From a virus: a stretch of DNA of 64,000 nucleotides. The stretch lies in the IMG/VR virus record IMGVR_UViG_3300013372_001471, positions 9,103 through 73,102 of that record; one strand, written 5' to 3'. The position numbers were made by a program, and so were the translations under genes. The notes under the pieces are model-generated. The model saw only the letters and a list, made by a program, of their open reading frames with translations. It made no database searches and was not told the DNA's origin. Shown piece after piece: positions 57,664-64,000 of the stretch. How positions within the stretch are numbered: the first letter of the stretch is position 1; every line of letters starts with the position of its first letter.

Positions 57664-58152
57664 TTAGTATTGGAGGATAGCATAATCATATGCGAGTGTG
57701 AGAGAAATCTCAACAAACGCATCGTTTGCCCAATCCATTTCACCGAATGTTGTTGCAGTAATGAAAGCACCTTTAAGTGTCCATTCTTCAACTTTATCGC
57801 CAACAGGACCGAGAACATGAAGTGTTATGTCTTTCTTGTAGAAGTCAGAATAACCATCACGACCTGTTACGGATTCGTGTGAAAGACGCACCCATTCCAT
57901 TGTTGCCTGAGCAGCAGATGGAACTATTGGGTCGTATAACTTGATTGTAATATCTTGCCATTCACCCTTTCCCTTCACCTTACGTTTGACGTTGATGTGG
58001 TCAAGTGTGATCGGATTAAAACTGATGTTTGGTCTACCAGCACCTTTAACCAAATATGCAGGAACTCCCTCAATATACATGATAAATCGGTTCTGTAATT
58101 TTGGCTCAAACGGTGTGAAAAAAATTTCATTGGGATCGAGTAATTCAGCCAT
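57664..58152 (-). CDS. Tail tube protein (T4 gp19-like)
   Basis: FEPKLQNRF, W..ITI.LYDPI, GRDGYSDFYKKD, EEWTLKGAF, L.YDYA. Confidence 0.92.
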   Translation of the reverse strand: MAELLDPNEIFFTPFEPKLQNRFIMYIEGVPAYLVKGAGRPNISFNPITLDHINVKRKVKGKGEWQDITIKLYDPIVPSAAQATMEWVRLSHESVTGRDGYSDFYKKDITLHVLGPVGDKVEEWTLKGAFITATTFGEMDWANDAFVEISLTLAYDYAILQY

Positions 58153-58209
58153 TTATATCTCCAAATTAAAAATATCTTCGTAAATAAATATACAACTTTC
58201 AAAAAATTA

Positions 58210-58233
58210 TGGGGAGAGTATTTCATCTCCCCA
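58210..58233 (-). terminator. Stem-loop terminator after the sheath gene
   Basis: TGGGGAGA-N8-TCTCCCCA followed by a U-rich run on the minus strand. Confidence 0.65.
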
Positions 58234-58243
58234 CTTATATCAA

Positions 58244-60682
58244 TTAAGCACCAGGGAAAGCAGCACCAGTAGACTGAATGTTGAAATCAAGAATGATAAA
58301 TTCAGCAGTCTTGGCCGGTTGTAAGAACAACTGTCCGTATAAGATGTTGCGGTCAATGATTTCAGGAGTATTGTTACTTTCATCCATGATGACACGGAAA
58401 GCATACAAACCTTGACGTTGTTGAATTGACTCCAAGTAAGGTGTCACGATGTTCAAGAATCTTGAGCGTGTCTGTGAAGTATTTTGTTCAAACACAAGGT
58501 ATCTTGTGGAAGAAGCAATAAACTTCTTAGCAGCAATCAAGAGACGGCGAACATTGATACGGTCAAGAGCAGAAGGTCTACCTTGCAATGTCTTTTGACC
58601 CCAAACACAAACGCCAGTCGATGGGAACACTGCAATAGGATTGATTCTTGCCTCGTAGAGTGTGTCACGTTCAGCATGAGTTAAACGTGATTTAACCTCA
58701 ACAACTTCTGTGAGACCACCACGATTCAAACCGGCAGGCGCAAACCATTCAGCTGCAACACGGTCATTGAATGCAATGACGCCAGGAAGAACAACAGAAG
58801 GTGGAACCCAAATCGGTTTGTTTCTATCAAAGTCAAGAATCTTAACCCAAGGATAATAAGTAGCCGCATAGTTACTGTCAAATCCTTCGGTTGTTGATAC
58901 TGCAGTTGAAATGTTATCACTTATACCGGCGCAATCCATTACATAGAAAGCATCACCACGGTCTTCACAAACATCTTTACCATAATTTGTTATAGCAGAG
59001 TGTAATGAATGAAGAACACCAGGAGTTACAATCATGTTGATGTCAAATTCGTCAGCATTTGAAATTGTGTCAAGTGCCTTCTTGTAGGAATCATATCCAG
59101 CAGCAGTTGAATTTGATATGTCAAATCCTTGTGTATTACCGGCTTCAATATAAGTTCCTAACTTCTTTTGAAGATTTGGCTTATGACCGTCAAATCCACC
59201 TTGAAGTGGCACCATAAATTTACGAGAATCCAATGCAGTGTTTGTAGACAAATCGATAGATGAGCTATAAGCAGCTGCACTTGTTGGGAAACTTGCACCA
59301 GGATTTTGTTGATAATCACCGAGATAGAAGTCTACGTTACTTCCTGTTGTTTGATTTGCTGTAATTGGAAGTGGACGCAAGTAATTAAAGTTATCAGTAT
59401 TTGTGAAGTCATATGAGAATCCCCAATATACTCTTCTATTGTAAGCACCACCAGCTGTTTGGTCTGATACAAATGTAGCAGCAGGAGGTTGAGTAAATGC
59501 AGATGGTATTGGTGATTGTAAAGCACGGAATCCAAAAGGAACTAAATTAGGCGATACACCACCATTTGTTACTGCCTCTGTTACTTCAACACGAATATAT
59601 TTTGACTTGTTTGAATAATCACCATTCACAACAACTTTACCTTCGTCTGTAATTGTGATATATCTATCACCAACTACGCGAGAAATAAACTTGGGTGAAT
59701 TTGGATCCAAGTTACACTTAAATGATTCAATCACATTTGGACGCAAATCTTCATCTTCATAGTTGAATGGTGTTGTTGGTAATTTAGATTGATCAACAAA
59801 TCTAACAACAACATCAAAGTCACCGTATTCTGAACCGGCTATTGTTCCAGCAGGACGAATGTTTGCAATACCAACTTTTACTTCATAGTTTGAATGAATA
59901 CCATGTGATAATGTATGGAATTTGAAGAGATTAGTTGTTTGTGCACCTACCTTTTGTGATGTTATCCAAGGTGTAGAAGCTTCAAGATAATCTGTTGTGA
60001 AATCCCATGGTGAACCGGCAGAACCAGTTTCAATCAATATAGTAGTTGCAGCATCGGATGCCATAGAAGCAGATGCTTGTTTCTTAAAGTTTACATAGTT
60101 GTATACAGCATGAGTTCCGTATGGGTTATATCCATACAAATCACCGATATATGCAGTAGATTCTGGATTTATAGAAGAACTGAAAGCAGTTCCGTTTTCA
60201 CTAGTAGCGTTTGTAAATGCTGATGAATCTGTTGTAAATGAACCAGATACAGTAATAACAAAACTACCACTATTGTTTGAAGCTATTGTAGTTTTTTCAA
60301 ACAATGATGTTGCATCAGAATTAGTTACAACAAATGTAGGATGCAAGAAAGAAATCAATTTCTTGCCCCAAGAACCAGTAGCAACAAGTGCAATAGGATG
60401 TTTAAGAGAATATCCACCTGATCCGAGAACACGAACTATTGTTGCACTACCAGCATTATTAAGATAGTTCTTTGCTGTATAAGGCAAATATGATTGTTCA
60501 TATGTGTTACCGAAATGGGTGACGAAATCACCAAAACTATTAACTACCGTTGGGACAAATGCAGGTCCCTTAAGCGTGGGTCCAATGAGAGCCGCACCAA
60601 TGTTACCTATTCCTTGTGGAAGGAATGACAGGTCCATTTCATTAGTAAACACTCCAGGACTTACAATTCTTTCATTAGCCAC
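58244..60682 (-). CDS. Tail sheath protein (T4 gp18-like)
   Basis: SPGVFTNE.D, WFAPAGLNRG, INPI, WGQKTLQ, RINVRRLL, FEQN, PAKTAEFI; GTG start with GGAG RBS. Confidence 0.96.
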   Translation of the reverse strand: MANERIVSPGVFTNEMDLSFLPQGIGNIGAALIGPTLKGPAFVPTVVNSFGDFVTHFGNTYEQSYLPYTAKNYLNNAGSATIVRVLGSGGYSLKHPIALVATGSWGKKLISFLHPTFVVTNSDATSLFEKTTIASNNSGSFVITVSGSFTTDSSAFTNATSENGTAFSSSINPESTAYIGDLYGYNPYGTHAVYNYVNFKKQASASMASDAATTILIETGSAGSPWDFTTDYLEASTPWITSQKVGAQTTNLFKFHTLSHGIHSNYEVKVGIANIRPAGTIAGSEYGDFDVVVRFVDQSKLPTTPFNYEDEDLRPNVIESFKCNLDPNSPKFISRVVGDRYITITDEGKVVVNGDYSNKSKYIRVEVTEAVTNGGVSPNLVPFGFRALQSPIPSAFTQPPAATFVSDQTAGGAYNRRVYWGFSYDFTNTDNFNYLRPLPITANQTTGSNVDFYLGDYQQNPGASFPTSAAAYSSSIDLSTNTALDSRKFMVPLQGGFDGHKPNLQKKLGTYIEAGNTQGFDISNSTAAGYDSYKKALDTISNADEFDINMIVTPGVLHSLHSAITNYGKDVCEDRGDAFYVMDCAGISDNISTAVSTTEGFDSNYAATYYPWVKILDFDRNKPIWVPPSVVLPGVIAFNDRVAAEWFAPAGLNRGGLTEVVEVKSRLTHAERDTLYEARINPIAVFPSTGVCVWGQKTLQGRPSALDRINVRRLLIAAKKFIASSTRYLVFEQNTSQTRSRFLNIVTPYLESIQQRQGLYAFRVIMDESNNTPEIIDRNILYGQLFLQPAKTAEFIILDFNIQSTGAAFPGA

Positions 60683-60724
60683 TTATTATCTCCATAAAAT
60701 TATAGAATGTATTGTATTCTGCAT

Positions 60725-60732
60725 ATAAATAT
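60725..60732 (-). promoter_or_regulatory. ATATTTAT late-promoter-like motif (representative; also at 39760, 40403, 44914, 52143, 58184, 61087)
   Basis: Intergenic, 43 nt upstream of the sheath start, within CATATTTATATG. Confidence 0.65.
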
Positions 60733-60749
60733 GAAACAAAAAATCCAAA

Positions 60750-61049
60750 TTATGATTTTGATGGAATAAATTTACCAGAATCTAAATCCAATACACCGTC
60801 ACCGTATTTCTCATTCAATTTTTTTACCAATTCACTTTCATCTGTTTGTAAATTGGAATAATCGGTGAAAAGTCTTTCTCTTAATTCTTTCATTTGTTCC
60901 AATCTTTTGTTTAGAAGATGTAACTCAATTTCTACTTGGCCAATTTGTGCAGTTGTCCTAGCATAACTTGATTGTAAACCTTTTACGGTATCAATATCTT
61001 CTTGTTCAAAATCTTTTTCTGTAACTGTGTTTTCAGCATTCTCTGCCAT
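60750..61049 (-). CDS. Coiled-coil hypothetical protein
   Basis: Heptad-like helix ending KYGDGVLDLDSGKFIP. Confidence 0.75.
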   Translation of the reverse strand: MAENAENTVTEKDFEQEDIDTVKGLQSSYARTTAQIGQVEIELHLLNKRLEQMKELRERLFTDYSNLQTDESELVKKLNEKYGDGVLDLDSGKFIPSKS

Positions 61050-61108
61050 ATAAAACCTCTCTTAAAAATTGTAAAATATAACACTAATAAATATGTTTCA
61101 AATTTTTG

Positions 61109-62173
61109 TTAATCGGTGTCATCTATCTCAAATGTGTAAACATCTGGTGATCTAGATAGTGAAATATCAACCATTTGAGCAACTCGGCGTCTAAATGCCG
61201 CTAGTGATTCATCACCTTCACCATTTACATTACCGAATCTACCCCTTTCAGAATCAGCTTGTCCTGATCCTCTTAATCTAGCATTCAATTCATTTGTTGT
61301 TCCATAGTAATTTACATTATCAGGATTCATCATTGAGTTGATGTCACCAAACATTTCAGAAACAAATCTGATTTTATTTGCACTAATAACTCTCTTTGTA
61401 GTTGTATCCGCACCAACATCTTTTGGTATAAGATAACCATGAACCATTAGTTGAAAAGTAGAACGAACAACACGGTCTTGACCAGTTGTATTATTGTCCT
61501 CTATATTCATGGAATCCATATTTGTTGAAAATTTATAGTAATTCTTATCACCAAATGCTTGTCCACTAAAATGAACAAATTGTTCAAGTATATGATTTAA
61601 TTGATTTTGATATTCACACCAAATAATGAAGTCATATGTAATATCAACAAAATCAGGCATAGGAGTCATGTAATACTCGTATGATGGTTTCCTTTCATAT
61701 TGAGTGCTAAATCTATCGTATGGCGTCATCTTATTGTAACGATGTTGCATTACATAGGCAATTTGTTTTGTTGTTGCAACTTTGTTACGTTTCAATCCTT
61801 GATTTATAGCAACACTAGATCTTCTGAAAGTTATTAGTGGAACTATTGTCTTTCCTTTTTTGTCTTTGAGAAAACCGTCTTTTTGTATAGATGCCCATTT
61901 TTCAGAATTAGCATAGATAACGGGAACCATTAGTGATTCGCCGTTGTCCTCAACTCTTAACATCATTTTTTGGTCAAGAAATGATTTAACAGAAAAGTCT
62001 ATATCATACAATGTTATTGATACGCTTCTTGTCTTATCTTTATCTCTACGAAATTGTAATGACCGCCCTTTACCCAAATCTTGTCTTTGATTTTGTTCAG
62101 AACGGACATCATCAATAAAAGAATCTCTGGTTCTTCGTATTGGGGGTTTTCTATATTTTGCAGAATTAACCAT
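61109..62173 (-). CDS. Tail completion/sheath terminator-like protein (T4 gp15-like)
   Basis: VPVIYANSEKW, PLITFRR, PDFVDITYDFIIW; lies between the neck and sheath genes. Confidence 0.6.
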   Translation of the reverse strand: MVNSAKYRKPPIRRTRDSFIDDVRSEQNQRQDLGKGRSLQFRRDKDKTRSVSITLYDIDFSVKSFLDQKMMLRVEDNGESLMVPVIYANSEKWASIQKDGFLKDKKGKTIVPLITFRRSSVAINQGLKRNKVATTKQIAYVMQHRYNKMTPYDRFSTQYERKPSYEYYMTPMPDFVDITYDFIIWCEYQNQLNHILEQFVHFSGQAFGDKNYYKFSTNMDSMNIEDNNTTGQDRVVRSTFQLMVHGYLIPKDVGADTTTKRVISANKIRFVSEMFGDINSMMNPDNVNYYGTTNELNARLRGSGQADSERGRFGNVNGEGDESLAAFRRRVAQMVDISLSRSPDVYTFEIDDTD

Positions 62174-62697
62174 TATATGTTACTCGGAATATCATTATGA
62201 TCTGTTGTTATTGCCGGTCTAAATTCTTCTATATGTATTCTTGAACGTCTTGTCAAGTGTGTGCTCGCAATTATGGAAACATTGTGTCCCCATTTTTCTG
62301 TTGCAAAAGAATAATCTGGATTCTTACCACCAAAGTATTGGTTTTCTTGAACTTGATCAATTTCCCACCACTCTCCATTGTATTCAATTACATCACCAAC
62401 TTCAACAAACAAATCTGCATCTTTTAAGTTTTCTCGTATAAACGAAAATGTTGCAGATTGTTGGTAATCTTGACCAAATTCAGTTCCTTCATATGCCTGT
62501 GCCTCTCTTGCAATAAGAGCGGCAATTTTTACCGGACTATGATATACCTTTTTATCAGATTCATTATACAAATTTGTTTTTGTATTTTCCAAAGAAAGTT
62601 TGTAAACAGCAACTTCTGTATCAATTATATCATTGACCAATTCCATATTAAACTTGTGAACAAGTCCTGCATCTCTGGTTCCATGAAATAATGGCAT
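62173..62697 (-). CDS. Neck/head-completion protein (T4 gp14-like)
   Basis: TNLYNES, EVGDVIEY...WEI; adjacent to the gp13-like gene. Confidence 0.6.
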   Translation of the reverse strand: MPLFHGTRDAGLVHKFNMELVNDIIDTEVAVYKLSLENTKTNLYNESDKKVYHSPVKIAALIAREAQAYEGTEFGQDYQQSATFSFIRENLKDADLFVEVGDVIEYNGEWWEIDQVQENQYFGGKNPDYSFATEKWGHNVSIIASTHLTRRSRIHIEEFRPAITTDHNDIPSNI

Positions 62698-62701
62698 TTT
62701 T

Positions 62702-63832
62702 TTATCCTATGTAAATTGATAGTGGTGTTCCATTCAAACTAACATTTAGATGTTCTGTTTCAGCACGTTTTGCTTCAAGTAATTTAGCACGTGTCATAGT
62801 ATCTAACATTGTTCTCAATTCATCAACCAATGCCTGTTTCTCTGTTCCGGCTGCAGAAAGTAAATCCGCAGCATTTAATGATGTTTCACCGTTTGGTATT
62901 GGAATACTACCATACTTACCACGGATATATCCAAGGTTTTCTTTAACAAGTGCCAGTGTATATTTGAATATCCATCTTCTACCAACAGAATTTATATGTT
63001 GATATTTCATGTGTTGATATGGTGCATTAGACATATCGGACACGGTTCCGTTTGGATATTTCAGTGGATTACTTCTTTCCTCTTTTACAATATATTCAAT
63101 CCATAGTTTGAAATCTTTTGTTGGAATTGGAAACATACGAAGTTCATTATCTATCAATTCAAATGTAAAAGCAGATTTACGCATTAAGTCATTAAATTCT
63201 ATTGCTTGAATACGAAGTAAATCTGCATACATTGGCATAAGCATAAAAGATACACCGGTTGAATAAGCACCAAATCCAAATGTATCAAGCATTGCTTGAT
63301 TACCCAAGTATGGATCATAAAAACGAATGGATGCCGGTGGTCCATAGTGATGAACTTTTTTAATTTCTATTGAACCAGTTGGAAATTTTACATCACGGAT
63401 AAGTGTGTCCAAATCATATCGTTGTTTTCCACTTTGTATATCAATAGATGAAGAATAAAATTTAACATTACCGTTAGTAAATGTTTCACTACCATATTCA
63501 GTTGCAAGTTGTATCAATCCACCCATATTTGTTGATATGTTTCTATGAGTTAAATTGGAACCAGTTGGTGTTCCCATTATACTTAACATATTCTGTTGGA
63601 TGTTATATTGATTAACATGGTTGGAGTATTCTGATATTGCTTCTTCAAAACAAGCATAAAAGTTTGTTGCTTGAAGTTCAACATCCATAAGTGGATAACC
63701 AAGTCTTCTGGCACACCAATCTGCCACATTATCTGCATCTAATTGAAAACTAGATTCAGAATCATAAAAACCAAATGGTGTGCTACCAGTTGTAAAACTG
63801 GAACTGCCAGGCCATATAGGAATATCTGTCAT
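62702..63832 (-). CDS. Neck protein (T4 gp13-like)
   Basis: RRLGYPLMDVEL, WIFKYTLALVKENLGYIRGKY, LNAADL. Confidence 0.75.
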   Translation of the reverse strand: MTDIPIWPGSSSFTTGSTPFGFYDSESSFQLDADNVADWCARRLGYPLMDVELQATNFYACFEEAISEYSNHVNQYNIQQNMLSIMGTPTGSNLTHRNISTNMGGLIQLATEYGSETFTNGNVKFYSSSIDIQSGKQRYDLDTLIRDVKFPTGSIEIKKVHHYGPPASIRFYDPYLGNQAMLDTFGFGAYSTGVSFMLMPMYADLLRIQAIEFNDLMRKSAFTFELIDNELRMFPIPTKDFKLWIEYIVKEERSNPLKYPNGTVSDMSNAPYQHMKYQHINSVGRRWIFKYTLALVKENLGYIRGKYGSIPIPNGETSLNAADLLSAAGTEKQALVDELRTMLDTMTRAKLLEAKRAETEHLNVSLNGTPLSIYIG

Positions 63833-64000
63833 TTACTTCTCGGTTTTTGTTTCTTCAAAATACTTCAATATATCATCAACAATAGGATGACGGTGGTTTG
63901 TTTTTAATTCATAAACCCCCAATCCGTTTATTTTATCTTTCATATTAAATAAATATGGAAGTCCTGAATCTTTTTTCTGTTTTAAGTCAATTTGTGATAT
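63833..64000 (-). CDS. phoH: PhoH-family protein, C-terminal fragment
   Basis: Manual translation ISQIDLKQKKDSGLPYLFNMKDKINGLGVYELKTNHRHPIVDDILKYFEETKTEK*: QxDL...SGL and NHRHPIV motifs. Confidence 0.8.
   Translation of the reverse strand: MSQIDLKQKKDSGLPYLFNMKDKINGLGVYELKTNHRHPIVDDILKYFEETKTEK

Noticed and set aside
1163-62691. Numerous plus-strand ORFs of 60-190 aa
   Set aside because: All are antisense shadows of well-supported minus-strand genes and show no recognisable motifs.
1-64000. Stop-codon reassignment, tRNA genes, introns or inteins
   Set aside because: Genes are full length and densely packed in the standard code with TAA, TGA and TAG all used as stops; no cloverleaf was seen in the short intergenic gaps; polymerase, helicase, RecA and NrdJ have normal lengths.

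Overview
A 64-kb segment of an AT-rich, T4-like contractile-tailed (myovirus) large phage genome. All credible genes lie on the minus strand. In transcription order (right to left) it carries: a PhoH fragment; neck, sheath, tube, tail chaperone, tape-measure and baseplate genes; a PolA-like gene; SSB, RecA/UvsX, 5'-3' exonuclease and helicase; a class II ribonucleotide reductase; accessory genes; a family B DNA polymerase, sliding clamp and clamp loader interleaved with three DNA-methyltransferase-like paralogues; and a ~12-kb nucleotide-sugar/glycosyltransferase cluster. Two promoter-like motif classes recur. Bacteroidota-type TTTG-N19/20-TAnnTT(T/A)G sites precede replication genes, and ATATTTAT precedes structural (late) genes. 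Highlights: (1) a shared N-terminal K-L-K-x-L/I-L-(x)n-E leader on a T3-like SAM lyase, an ADP-ribosyltransferase, a nucleotidyltransferase and one unknown protein, suggesting head-packaged, injected effectors; (2) a candidate replication-coupled DNA hypermodification system (T4 alpha-glucosyltransferase homologue, three SPPY MTase-fold enzymes, a PLP enzyme, Nmad1), several members of which share the polymerase's terminal KFF clamp-binding-like motif; (3) a candidate +1/-2 frameshift in the tail chaperone; (4) a 2389-aa baseplate protein with ~20 44-aa repeats. All assignments come from recognising motifs by eye; no database searches were run.
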